A DNA stretch of 64,000 nt from Amoebophrya sp. A120 (lineage: Eukaryota; Protista; Dinoflagellata), in contig CAJINV010000003.1 in assembly GCA_905178155.1 (NCBI GenBank), positions 4,153,253 to 4,217,252 on the forward strand, written 5' to 3'. Shown one piece after another: positions 1-12,795 of this stretch; the first letter of the stretch is position 1; each line of letters begins with the position of its first letter. Below the pieces are notes generated by a model, which was not told the origin of the DNA, ran no database searches, and saw nothing but the letters and a program-made list of their open reading frames with translations. The position numbers and the translations under genes are program-made.

Positions 1-3000
1 CTCGCTCCATGAACCCTACAGAGAAACAAAAAAAGGGGGTGTGTCCCGAGCACGCCACACGGAACAGGTTCGAATCTGACAGCAACTTTTCGCCCCGAAC
101 GAACCGCCACGCCGCTGCATTCTGGTCCACGGCCGCCCGAACAATCTCAGGACTCGAGCTCCTAATCTCCATGCTGCAGTACTGAAGTGCTAGCCCATTG
201 TTCTGCACAGCAGCAAGACAAATTTTCTGGCTCTTGGCGAGCTCACAAGACAAGTACCGGAGCGCCAAGCCATTCTGTTTCACCGCCAGAAGTCCGATCT
301 CGGGCGAGTTCCGGAGTGCCCAAGACGCTTCAGAAATGGCTTCACCGTCTCGCATCACCGCTTCGCGTATCAGCTGTTCGTCTCGGCAATTTTTCCGTGA
401 AGTGCAAGCAAGCAAATTTATTATCACTCCCTGAGGATGGTTCGGCTGCACTTGGGGATACAACGACGACTCATCATGATTACTTGCAACAATCATGAGC
501 CCTTCATCAACAACTCCACTTTCATTCGGGGGACGACTTTCCTCGATTTTCGTGGTAGTAGATACACGCTTGATTGTTTCGAGAACAAACTCCCTGTCGG
601 CCAGCACTCGTGAGCTAGCGATTGCAACTGCTGCCTGACTGTCAATCTCCGCGAGGGCACGAATGAACATGAGGTTATCTCGGAGCACCCACGGCACGCG
701 GCTTCCCTTTTTCAACCCAGTTCTCGTAGAGTACCGTAACAGTTGTCGCGCAACGGCAAGGTAGATGTCTCCGTCGCTCTGCGCAGACGAAGGCAATTTC
801 CAGAATGAAAAGCAGCTGTCATCGCGTTGACCGATAACAGTACACGCGGAGAAAATGGCTACAGCGGTCGCCCGCTGCTCGGGCAAGAGGCAATCCAGAA
901 ACTGGAACGGAAGCTGGCTTAACTGCGTGTTGGGAAATAAATTGCTCTCCACTGCTGCAAGAAAGGCTGGATCTGATTGCTGGGCCCGGCTTAGACGCAC
1001 CCACATATCGAGAACCTCGCGAAACTCGCCCGCTCTAGCGCACTCGCGGACAAACTTCAGCGCGAGGGTGTTGTCGTCTCTAAACTTCTTCGGCAACGCG
1101 TCCCACATCTCCGCAACTGGAATGATCCGCGCCATGATGGGGAAAAAATCTGGATCGGCGCGCAGATCGCTGCGATCTACTAAGTTGGAGAAATGCATTG
1201 ACAGCCAGCATCTAGGGCGCTGAAACTGGTGTCTTCTGCTGAGGGGGGAGTTGGTGGCAGAGGCCGTATGCGTATCCACCGCCCGTGCCGCTGCCATTAT
1301 GATTTCTTTTTTTTGTGCATACTCCTCGCTGACATACCAGAGAACATCGAATCCGAATTGCTCGACGGCTACTCGCACAACCGAGTCGCGGCGTCGCACT
1401 GCATCGGAGGCGAAAAGCAAGGCGTCGAACCATCCTGCGCCCAGAAGATCACAGACAAACTCTTCGTCGTCGCGGAGTGCTTTTGGAAGCGGATACGGAC
1501 AGGTCCAGGTGTTGATCGCCTCAGCGATGTTGCGAACTGCTACTGAACTGGGGCGCGCTGAGGTAGAATGGCGGCCGATGTTATTTAGCACCAGGAGATG
1601 GCCTGCCTCTTTGCACAAGTCTGCTAATGCGTACTCAGACACGACCCCAGAACTAAGAAACGGAACGAGACTGGTCAAACCCGAAAGACCTTGGCGCGCA
1701 AGAATTTCCACGACGAGATCTCGTGGATTGCCGTGGCTAGGAGTTGCAGTTGGTAGCACGGTCCCGCTCTTATCATTATTGTTGAGAGAGGCATCATCAA
1801 GTGCTTTTTGCCGCATCTGGAGGATTTTCGGATCTTCGTTCGGTGAGATGGACGCAGCGACTCGGCTAGGCGACGGAGCGTGCAGATTCAAATACTCGAA
1901 GGCGTTTGTGCTCGATTTCACCTGATAGCTGTCCAGGCGGGTAAACGTCCACAGGTAACCATCCAAATTCTTACCAGTTATGCCCCGGGCGACGGCGCTA
2001 GACGCAAGTAAGCCGAAAGCTTTCTGCGCGAAGTCGTGATCATCGTGCTCCATCATCCAACGAGCATTGACTGACGCCGCGCCGAAAGAACGCCCCCCGG
2101 CATTCAAGCGAGAGACCATTATTGGGCACCGCATGTACACCGCAGCAAGGAATTCGGCGGTGCTTCGAGCATGCTCCCCTGCTTCCTCGATGAGAACCAG
2201 CCGTTCAAGTTCAGCAGCAACTGCCCCGGCAAGCGCTGCCTCGGCTTCCTCAACGCCGTGTACATTGCGGCCATGGGCCGGGCTGAAGAGCTTTTCGGAC
2301 TCTAATGCCATCAATTGCAATTCCCGATCTTTTCGCAAGTTCAATGACGCGAAGCGAAAATTCGCACCGTCTGCTCTGATGAGTTCGCGCATTATTTCCC
2401 GATCCGATCGGTAGCACGCACAGGTATCGCAGGAGAAGAAGCTTTCCACCCGATCGGAATCCTCGCACAGGGTCCCAAGCACGTGATCCATTACAAAGTC
2501 GCGCCGCAGCAAGAGGGGCGACGGCATGTTTTCGAATGGCAGGTCGCGCGTTATACACGCGACGAGGACGTCTTCATCCTCAAGAAGGGAGGTGCTAAAG
2601 TAGTCGAGGAACGTCCGCGGAGGATTTTGTTCGGGAATGAGATGGGAGCTATGCCTATGGCGCCACACGTCCTGCGCGAAGAACTTATCGCTGCGAATGT
2701 CTTCAGACAGCCGCGTGAAGACTTCGCCCCCGTCCTGCGGCCTACTCTGGTTTGCGCTGTCCAAGGCCTCAAGGACGATGTGCGGCCGTTGCTGGAGGCG
2801 TTGGCTTGCGTTCAAAAACGCCCCCTCATGCATCCGGACGGCTAGCGCTACCAATTCGTCGTCGTCGCATTGCTCCTCGGAGAGCATGTTATAAAGCTGT
2901 TGTATTTATTTTCAGTTTCGCGGGGTTTTTCAATTTGTTTTTGAATACTCGTGTTGGTGTTCATGTTCATCTTCATGCTTGTGCAGCGGTTTGATGGCAA

Positions 3001-4095
3001 CGGCAACAACAAATTCACGTCACGATTGGAAATCACACAGGAGCGAGCATCAGTGGGAAGAAGAGATTCGTCACTCCATCCGCTAACAGTAAAAATAAAA
3101 TACAGCAGGAACAACGAAATAAGTACGTACTTACGTACCTCGGATACGCCCTTTCTTGCTTGAGTGAAAAGGCGCAACAAAAATCTTTTGTTTGCTTTTA
3201 GTGCTGCTGAGGACTTTCGAAAAACGACGTCCGCGACGTCGCCGACGGGCACTCCGAGGCGCAACATAAGCTCCTGACTGACGCGATCCACTAGTGCTGC
3301 TGTCGTCGGCAGGTCGTGTCCTGCGATTTCTGGGAACTTCTCAAAAAAAGCGTCGATATCAGTTTCCCAGTTATCGTCTACAGCCAGGACGTCGTCCCCT
3401 ATCAACAACGCTTGCGCTTCTGCCAGAGCCTCCTGCTTCTCTTGGTGCACTATCGCATACACAAAAGGTGCTTCGTTTTCATGATCTTGCTCGCTTTCTT
3501 GTTCTCCACTAACCGCTCCAAACGAGCTGCACTCGGAAACGTTTGAGCTGGCCCTTGAGAGGACACCAAGACCAATGCCGCCGACTGCGAAATTGTGGCT
3601 GCTGCTGCTGCTGGAATCACATGTCGGATTTTGTTTCCTTCTTTTCGCATCGGGATGATCATGGAAGTCCGCTTCTGTGACGGTCCTGGTAGTCTGAGGC
3701 TGCCCTGCTCGAGATTCTTTCGGCTGCGGCTGCTGGCGCGAGTCTAACATCTGCTCGGTGCTCGGAACTCGGGACACGCCTTCTTGTGGAGCAGGGCCAG
3801 CTTGTGGAGGAGGGCCGATGTCAAAGAACGCTGCCGAGTCATCCTCGAGTAATTCCCGAGTGGACGTACGTCCATCAATAAGCACGATGTGCTCGGGCGG
3901 GACCCTCTTCGCCCTTGCTGCTTCCGTTCGTATCTCCGACACTAAGAGCGGCTGGGTATCGTCTTCTGGTAGTTCGACGTAGCACACCAGTGCATCGGAC
4001 AAATCGTTCACAGGAAGCTTTTTTGGAATCGCAAGCGCAACGACATCGACGTCATCGGTTCGATTCGGTTTTGCGTCGGCCATCTCAGACGCCAT
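1..4095 (-). CDS. DUF4116-repeat protein, paralogue A (2 exons; 3' end runs off the window)
   Basis: Exon 1 is 4095-3139 (MASEMADAK...RKGVSE). A phase-0 GT-AG intron lies at 3138-2897. Exon 2 (2896-<1) is missing from the ORF track, consistent with no stop inside the window. Manual translation of both ends gives LYNMLSEEQCDDDELVALAVRMHEGAFLNASQRLQQRPHIVLEAL and YCSMEIRSSSPEIVRAAVDQNAAAWRFVRGEKLLSD in the same frame, collinear with paralogue B. Confidence 0.85.
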
Positions 4096-4675
4096 TTTTG
4101 ATGATGTGTTGTCTTTTTTCATGTGCAAGTAATGAGGTTTTGGTGCTTAAATCACTGTGTAGAAGTTTTCATGTTCGTACATTTTTCACAGAAGTGGTGG
4201 ATATTCATTTTTGTTTTTGATCGGAAGAAATAGCGAGGCTGAGGTAGTAGAGAGTTTGACTTTGTTGGGCTTCCTGCCAAGTAGCATGACCTTGTTTTGC
4301 TGTGGTCCTCTCGTTGTTAACAGTAAACAATTTGAGTTAGACTTTCACAAAACTACAGGAAAAAGAACAAAGAACAAACAAAACACCGATAAGCACGCTC
4401 CAGAACCACAAGCTCGTTTCGAATTTCACCGAGCACAAGCAAGAAGAAAGTGAAGACAGGGTCGGTGCTCCTACATCACCCGAACGCTGAAACGCGCTTT
4501 TGAGGAGGTTTCCCTTTCCTTAAAGAATCTGAATCGTCATACTATCCATATCCAACTTCGATAGTGCTACTTTTCAGGCTTACACTTGCTCGTCCTCTGT
4601 ATCCTGTCCCACATGATCCCATCACATGTAGGGGACAGCTCAAAAATGCTTTTCTCAGATTCCATCGACCAGCCT

Positions 4676-7600
4676 TTATTCGTCTTCGTCTTCCTTAATT
4701 TCGGTGCCCCCTGCCCTGTCCTGCTGCTCCTCTTCATCCAAAACAGCCTGGAAGTCTCCCGGTGAAAAGCTGTGCTCATCCTGGGCCCCGGGCGCCCAAG
4801 AATCAATACTGTTACTGGGTTTCAGCTTGCGGAGCTCTTTTGCCACATCCGGATCTTCATGAAGAAACCGCGGCACTGCTTTGATTGCCTCTCGACCTCC
4901 TGTTGGGTTGCGCAACGCTATGAGAGCTAATTCTTTGCCTTTTTCTGGGTCACGCAAAAGCTTTGGCGCGACAAACCGGAGAGCTGCGCCTGTGTTTTCG
5001 ACTGCGGCCTTTGCTAAGTCGAAGCCTTGCGTTAGCGGAGTATTCACGAGAAGCGTCCCATCGCACTTGACAAATATCAGCATATTCTCTTGCGATGTCC
5101 AGAACGGCCAGTCATCACTGAACGAGCCGAGTATTCGCGTGCCCACCGTTTGGATGCAACGAAGGATGAAGCTCGGGTCATTATAGAAATAGCCGGCACC
5201 AAAATGCAACGCCTGCGGGTTTGTTTTCAGCGCAGTGAGAAAGATGTCCGGGTCCGAAAGCAGTTCTTTGCCGCGCACAAATCGCAGAGCCTGACCGCAC
5301 TGGTTGACTGCGGCGCAAACGACGTCTCGGCTCGTCGACCGAATTTCCATGGAACAATGTTGCAGCGCCATTCCGTTCTGTTTGACGGCCTCGAGGCACA
5401 GCGCTGCGTCCTTGGTGAGGTGATGCGGCGCGTACTTCAACGCGAGGCCGTTCTGCTTCACTGCGAGCATCAAAAAATCCAGACGGTTCCGGAGCTCCCA
5501 AGAAGCAATCGAAAGTCGCTCTCCATCTCGCAGCAGGGCTTCTTTCATCACTTCAGGATCACTAAGATGGCTAGGCGAAGTGCGGTTTAGCAGCGTCCTG
5601 ACCAGCCGGTCTGGATACTTGCGCTCGTCGCGCACTTCCGTCTGCTGCAGCGTTCCTGACCCGCTAGCGTGCCCCGCGACGGGGATGCTTCGAAGAATCT
5701 CCAACACGAATTTCTTTTCAGTGACCACCTTGGAGCTGGCGATGGTCACGGCGCTGTCGGGGTCGATTTGCGCCAACGCTTTGATGAAGTTCGCGTCGCG
5801 GCGCAACTCCCAACGGATGGGCATGTCATCTACGTATCCCCCTCCTGGCTGCAGGATCCAAAACAGTTCGCCAAAGAACGCAAGGTGGAAGTCCCGATCA
5901 ACCTGCTTCTCCGGTAGCAAGTTCATGAAACTTTCATCATAGCGACGAGTGAACGACGTGCCTTGAAGGATCGCCGCAAAGAGGTGCGGATCTGTGGCTT
6001 TCTCATCGGGTCTAATTCGCTCTGCCATTCGGGAGTCAATGTTCACCCTGTACTTCACATCGGATATCCGACGTCTGCCAGCCGCTTTTGAGCCGGTGCG
6101 ATCACGAGTCTTGGGCTTGAAGACAAGCGCGCGCAATTCTGGATCGGAACGTTGTTCGGGTGTTAGCTCAGCCCAGACTTCGTCGAGGCCCTCGCCGTAC
6201 GCCCGACTAATAGCTGTCAAAAACTTCATCAAAAGTGGCTTGCGCAAGCGGAACGTATCTGGCAGTAGCCTCCACATGACCCGCGGATGATACGCGGAGG
6301 CGATTGCCAGGAACTTCGCATCCTTCCGTAAATCAGCGCGGTTCAGAAAAAGTACGAGGTTTGTACGCATCCAATCTGCCCCGGGCCCGTAGCTGCTCGT
6401 CCTCTTACTTTCGAAAGCATTCATGATCAAATCTTTGCGGCGGGCCACCCCTGCTGGTAGGTGTTGAAAGCAATCAAAGCCGAATAGTCTCGCAGCTGCG
6501 GAAGCAACATCCCGGTCACTCCGAAGGTCCACGGAAGCCAAAACCAGCGCACCTTTGTATCCACCATACATCAGGTCGAGTATAAACTCCTTGTCGGTTC
6601 GCAGTTGCGGCGGAAGGTATTTCTTGAGATCCGGCACATTATCTGCGCGGCTAGTCGTGACTGCCAGCAGGTGGCCATATTTTCGGCACAGGTTGGCCAG
6701 CGCGTCTTGGGACAGGGATTTAGCCTGCGCTATTGCCACGACGCCAAACAATCCGCTACGGCTCAGTTGTCGTTCGGCTTTTTTCTTCGCGCAACTAGAT
6801 GATGACGCTTGTTGTATTGTGCTGTTTGCAGTAGCGGTATCCGCATCTGTGACGCTGCTGTGCTGAGCTTGAGTCGTTGTATTTCCTGGTGCCGGTAAAA
6901 CGTCCGACAAAGGTGGGCCATAAAAACGCAGGTATCGCCCTTCGTCTTCCATGATTCTGCGAAGGCGAACACTATCCGAACTCGAATTTTCGCCTTTGCA
7001 GAATCTCCACAAGTGCGCATCCAGAGAACTTCCAGTTGCACCGCGTCGCAGAGCGGTCGCCGCGATCTCACCAAAGCATTCCTGTGCGACTTTAAGTTTA
7101 ACGTCACGATCGGATCTCCGGAAGAAGTGATTCTCATCAACCCAAGAAAAAGACAAGGGACACCGCATGTATGCTTCGTGGTAAAACCTGAGTTGATCGG
7201 GATTATCATCGTTCAACCTTCCCCTTTGGCGCAGAGCATCAATTACCATCGCCTCCGCTTCTTTGCACGGGTCGGCCGGGTCTCGAAATAGGTCGTCCGA
7301 CTCGAAAGCAAGCAATTGCAGTTCGCGGTCTCTTCGAATGTCCCAGGGCCCCAGGCGGAAATTCACGACATTGGTGCGAATGATTTCTTTCATGAGTTCC
7401 TGATCGAGCCGGAACTTGTTCCCCGGAGCGGTATGAAAAAACGCGTCGAACGAGTATTCGTCGTAGCAACATCGAAGAACAGAACTCATCACAAAACTCC
7501 GGTCCGCCAAGAGCCCCTCGGGAAGGAGAGGAAGAACTTTTTCTCGATCGATAGCCGCACAGTCTAGAAGAGTTGCCGCTACGTCGGGGTCGGTGAGAAG

Positions 7601-8945
7601 CTCAGGGGCAAAAAAGTCCAACACGATATCGTTTACTCCTGTATAGCTTCCGTGCTGCAACAAAAAATCGAGCAGAAACTCCTTGCTTGCACGAACAGAT
7701 GGCTGGGCAACTTGAAAGATGGCACGAGAATCTTCCTCCTCACCATTAAGCCGTCGCACAGCTTGGAGAGCTTCGAGAATGACTATGTGGTCCTCCTGCA
7801 GTTGAGGGCTAACGAGCGCGTAGTTTGCATGGTTTAAACGGACTGCTAAAATTGCGACTTCCCGATCCGCGCGTAACGTTTCACCCAACCGGTCAAATAT
7901 CTGGAATTCGTCTTCGTGAAAAAAATACTTTATGTATATGCCATGATTCTTCAGTATCTATGGCTATGGTATCGTTTTACACGTGAAGAGTATGTAATTA
8001 ACAGAAAAGATAAAGATTGAAAACAGAAGCATTCAACTATATCAAGAAAAACAATTTCCAAAAATCTGAGGAGATCCTTGTCCTTCATTATCCTTACACA
8101 GAAACAAATAAAAATACATCTGTGTCGTCGTTTGCGCGGATCAGGATGCGCATGATGAAGCTCTTGTTTTGTTGCAGAGTGGGTGCGCACCGATTGAAAA
8201 CAAATTCAGCCACAGCCTCGCCCCTGCGTCCAAATCCGCCACGCAGTCCTGCGTGAATACTGTCTATCACAGCGAGCGCTGTTGGAGCATCGTGTTTCGC
8301 CACATCCTCCCGGTCGGCAAAAAACTTCTCAGCAAGTTGCTCCCAATCCTCCCCAGCCGGCACCGCGAGCAGCTTCGCTTCTTCAAAAGCTTCGCATCGC
8401 TGCTGCATGACAGTGCCTCGGAGGAAGAGCTCGCCGTCTCCGCACGGCGTCGAGGACGACACCAGCGACGCTAAAGAAGCGCTGCGAGAAAGCGGCCGCG
8501 GGTTATGTTTTTTACCCGCAACTTCTACTGCAACTGCTTGCTGTACTCCATCAGGAGGAGCTCCATCATCAATCTCCATCGCGAAGCTTTCATTTTCTGA
8601 CGCTGTCGGACCTTCGTCGCACGTCGAAGGCTGCTCCTGGCGCGCGCCATCTTTCTCATTCTGCTTTTCCTTTGCGGCGTTCTTGCCGTCCGCGTGGCTA
8701 GGCGCTGCTTCGGACTCCTCAAACGACCAGAAAGCTGTAGCATCATCGTCGTACGTATTTCCGTCTGCGTCAGACAAGAGAATGTGCTCAGGCTCTACCT
8801 TTTTGGCTTCCGCAGCACGACGCCTAATCTGGCCTACGCGCACAACAGCGCCCTCCTCATCCGGAAGCGTCACGTAGGCATAATCATCACCGGAAAAGTC
8901 ACGGATTCCGATCCTGGCACACGCGGATGATGCCAAGGCCGACAT
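4676..8945 (-). CDS. DUF4116-repeat protein, paralogue B (~1350 aa, 2 exons)
   Basis: Exon 1 is 8945-8118, a phase-0 GT-AG intron lies at 8117-7901, and exon 2 is 7900-4676. Typical DUF4116 helical repeats are present (AVKQNGLALKYA, EAVKQNGMALQHCS, LRSDRDVASAA, LRTDKEFILDL). Confidence 0.85.
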
Positions 8946-9577
8946 TTTAATTTTATTTTTCAAAAACAAGTAGAAGCTGCACTAGTACTTTTTATCGTTA
9001 TTCTGGGGCTGCAGCTTGAACTGGAACTGTACTGTACAGTAGCAGGAGCACTTACTGCCACTGCGTGAATGCTTCAGAAAAAATGGAAAGTTGAAAAGGG
9101 ATGAGACACCGAGTCACAAAGAAGGTATATGAGGTACACGTGAAGATGAAAAGAAACCATGGGCGCACAAGAAAAACTTGTTCTAGTTCTTCTCCTGCAA
9201 ATCGTTGAAATACACTGTGTTTTGTCGCAGAAGCGGAGTATGCGTAAAACAGTCACCACCTGGAGCTGGATCTCATGGTTCAGCTTGAAGAATACAAGAA
9301 TCAAGACGTTGCTGGGGTCAAGGCTACCTTCATGTCTCGATCCCACCTCGTGTTGCTGGAAAACAGAAACAACATTCAGATCTCTTGGTTGAGCTTCAGA
9401 CTGAGAGCAGAGATCGAAACAAAACAGCTCGAGCTCAACCTGCTGCGGAGGTACTACGCACAACTGCAGCATCGCTGCATCAATCTTTGAAGACACCCAT
9501 GTGCACTTCTGCGACAATCAAACGTATGTAAGTCATGTATTTTCAGTTGATCGATGCACACAAGAACTGTTAGCATC

Positions 9578-11611
9578 TCAAAACCGCCTTCGACTTTCAA
9601 AGTCGAATTTCTGTTTGAAATCTTCGTACGTTCGTGTCCAATCGTATTTCATGTACTCTACAGTATGTGTGGTCGAAAAACCTACATTCGACGGCCACAG
9701 TCGCAGTCGCTCGTGAATATAGTGGTAGTAGCCAAATCCAAGTCCAATGCCCGCGGCGTGTGCCAGCCAGGCCACCTGAGGCTCCTGCTCCAGAGCTGAG
9801 GTCGATGCGTTTCCGAAGCTTCCGCCCCGCTGCGCGACCCGGTAATTCCAAGAGTAAAAACCGCCCGACGACGAGAAGGGGAATCGTAGTCCTCTCCTGA
9901 GAAGGGGGGCCAGAAGGAAATACAACGCGAGCCCTCCATTTACGACCATATTCACATCGGAAATTTGCGACAGGGACACGGACGCGCCGGGCACCGGAAA
10001 CACCATTTGCAGCCTTCGCTCCGGCTCTATGCAGCCCGCCAAAGTCACCATGGCCATCAAGGTACCGCTCACACCGAGGACTCCGCGCTGGGCACCGGAG
10101 AGGCAATGCGCTAGAATGGACAGAGAGCCCGTCGCCAGAACAAATTTTGTATACTCTATGCCCGCGGTGGTTGGCTGGGAGAAGTTGAGTCGGCTGAGGG
10201 CGGGCGGGGATTTGTCGACATCGCTTTTGTTCGCAATCTCGCACTCGCGGTTCAGTCTATCCGCGACCTGATGGAAGACCTTCATGTCGAAACCGAGCAG
10301 CATGGAAAAAATGTACAGAGCCCCACAGTTAAACAGGAAGTGCAAGGGCTTCTGATGGGACAAAGCAGCTGTGAAAGGTGTGTAGAGAAGGTGTGGAAAA
10401 CTGCGCACGTGCCGCGAGCTGCACATCAGGTGACTCGCATTCCAGGTTTGCCACCGCTGCGCGACCGCCGGCGCCGCGCGCCGCAACAATTGCGGCAGCT
10501 GCCAGGATGTGAAACACACCGCGCTCGCGCCCAATACCCCGATAATCGCCTTCCTCAAAGAATCGTCGTTCTTGCGCCGGTTTGCAGTTTCGACATTGCG
10601 GCTGTAGAAAAAATTCTTGGATTGACCAGAAGATGAAGCGCCAATATCTCGCCACCGGTCAATGAAACGACCGACGACGTTGTTCGAATTATCCGCGACA
10701 AAGCCGCGATAGTCTTTCTCCTCGGACCGCCATTCCGTTCGCGTTTTATTCATCCCGAACAAAGACTCACTATGGGTTTCAAGTGACGCCGACACTTCTT
10801 TATACGCTTGCCTCAGCGCCTTTTGGCAGTCACGAACCGACTCCTTCAGCGTCGCTTTGAGCTCCTGCAAGCGGCGATCAACGAATTCTTTATCGGTTTC
10901 GTCCGGATAGTTGTAAAGGCGGTCGTTCAACAGAAAGCTTGTCCACGACGACGGCGACGTAAAGGGTTCCCCAGGAAGCCCCCCAAACGAGAAATGTGAT
11001 CCCTGACCTCGCTGCTCGTGATTCACAATGGGAATAACCAATGGAGCGGTGCTACTTCCTGTTGTATCTCGGTTACTCACAGCAAGATCAACATCGGCTG
11101 ATTGTCGCAGTAGCGCTGTTGCTTGCTGCTCTCTTCGCGCCCCCCTTGCACCTGGGAACGACCTCGAAACTTCCTCTTCGACAGCTTGCTTGAGTTCCGC
11201 CCAGAAAAACAACGGCTGCATCACCGTCATGTTCAGCATCAGCTGACCCGTCTGCAAAACCGTGTGTGCTGTCAGCTCGAAGTGATCCAGGTCCGTCTGT
11301 GACCGCATATTGCGAGGAGCCGCGGAGAACAACGCGGTTCTGCAGCCACCCTTCCCGCCACTCTCCGTCGAATCGAATCCCTGCTCAGCGCTTGCGCCGA
11401 ACGGCCACCAGGAATCAGGAAGCCAGGAACTGTGGGCCCGACTTGGATTCTTGCAGAAGTAATTCCCAACAAACTGGTCGGTTTTTGCGTCATTTCCGTT
11501 TGCATCCGAGAACGCCTGCTCTGGGAGACCTGCGCATGTTCCGCATACAAAGAGGTTCTCATCGTTTCCATTCATCAGAAGCTGAGAAGAATTGTATTGA
11601 AACTGCGACAC
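9578..11611 (-). CDS. Rhomboid-family intramembrane serine protease (PARL/Pcp1-like) with long N-terminal extension; 5' end uncertain
   Basis: 677-aa ORF with rhomboid motifs FTAALSHQKPLHFLFN, catalytic GVSG and the VAWLAHAAG His helix. The ORF begins at a GTG overlapping an AG, so an upstream exon is possible. Confidence 0.8.
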   Translation of the reverse strand: MSQFQYNSSQLLMNGNDENLFVCGTCAGLPEQAFSDANGNDAKTDQFVGNYFCKNPSRAHSSWLPDSWWPFGASAEQGFDSTESGGKGGCRTALFSAAPRNMRSQTDLDHFELTAHTVLQTGQLMLNMTVMQPLFFWAELKQAVEEEVSRSFPGARGARREQQATALLRQSADVDLAVSNRDTTGSSTAPLVIPIVNHEQRGQGSHFSFGGLPGEPFTSPSSWTSFLLNDRLYNYPDETDKEFVDRRLQELKATLKESVRDCQKALRQAYKEVSASLETHSESLFGMNKTRTEWRSEEKDYRGFVADNSNNVVGRFIDRWRDIGASSSGQSKNFFYSRNVETANRRKNDDSLRKAIIGVLGASAVCFTSWQLPQLLRRAAPAVAQRWQTWNASHLMCSSRHVRSFPHLLYTPFTAALSHQKPLHFLFNCGALYIFSMLLGFDMKVFHQVADRLNRECEIANKSDVDKSPPALSRLNFSQPTTAGIEYTKFVLATGSLSILAHCLSGAQRGVLGVSGTLMAMVTLAGCIEPERRLQMVFPVPGASVSLSQISDVNMVVNGGLALYFLLAPLLRRGLRFPFSSSGGFYSWNYRVAQRGGSFGNASTSALEQEPQVAWLAHAAGIGLGFGYYHYIHERLRLWPSNVGFSTTHTVEYMKYDWTRTYEDFKQKFDFESRRRF

Positions 11612-12795
11612 TTATGTAAGTAGCGGAAGCTACATGAGAGTTGAATCAGTATGTTGATGTGGTCACCTTCCGGCAACACACGACACGACTTCTGTTTTAT
11701 TGTCCTTTCACTCCTGTATCAATATGCATGCTCAGGATCACGCCAGTCACGGAAGTTGGGTCATGGATGCCCATGGTCAAGGGTGCCCTCGCAGATCTAC
11801 TAGCTAAAAAAAAATTGAAACACATGAACTCCTCGGGGCCTTGGTCTTGGTTTGAAGTCAGTGTGACAGATAAAGGGATTGGGAACGAGAAACCTCAGTT
11901 TTCGAGTGTGTAGCTAAGTAAAAGAACCTTCTCACATACACATCCCTCGGTTGATCATGAAAATTCCGGGATCTTGTTTGCATCCTCAAATAATGGGGTC
12001 GACGTCGAGACCACGACTACGAGCATTTATCATGTCTGAACAGAAAAAAAAAAAAAAGATCCCGTGCCGGTCTGATTCACGGACGACGAAACACAGTCAC
12101 ATTTTTTTCGAACACGACTACATCTACATGATCATCGGAGCATTTACATGCAGACCCACTTTCGCAGGAGCCCGATCTTCGGCACGATTGCCGTACAAGC
12201 GGTCTCGCCGAATTCATTTTTATATGCAGAAGCGAATTGATATACTGTAGACAATGTCAATGACGGCACACGTTATTGCCGCATCTTCATGGGTTCCACC
12301 TTCTCCATATCGCTATACTCCATCCTCGGTCTGAGCCACCAGGCTTCTTCTTCTACTCTATCGTCTCATCACGCGTAAGAAATGCGAAACCGTTCCTTGC
12401 CGTTGCTCTCTGTACTACGTGTGCGTATTGTTCAGTTCCAATCCGTTGTTTATGGCGTATCATAATTTTCAGTTTCATAGCATTCTGGTATTCTCGGGAT
12501 AAATTGTGCGGGCCAGAATGGTAAAAAAGGCAAACTAAATTTACTTTCGCATTCGCTTATGCAAGGTTCATTATATTTTCACCTAAACTTCGTCGCATCT
12601 CGTCTGCGTCTCTCCAACCACTCTAGTACAAGCATGATCGACAGATCGAAAGAAAAGTTCTTCATCCTATATCAATTTGCACTTCATCATCTTCAGCCTT
12701 ATGTATTTGCAGAAGTTCAGCGGCTTTGCCACAGCCAAAATCCACCAGTTTCTGGCCAGTCGCATTTTCGACTGCGTCTCTCAGATCGTCGCGGC

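Noticed and set aside
852-862. 11-nt match to the reverse complement of the dinoflagellate spliced leader (aaaatggctac)
   Set aside because: It is partial, lies inside a coding exon, and is compatible with chance.
9230-9490. Plus-strand ORF fragment MVQLEEYKNQ... after an acceptor-like GCAG
   Set aside because: It is short, has an in-frame stop just upstream and no recognisable homology; at best a gene relic.
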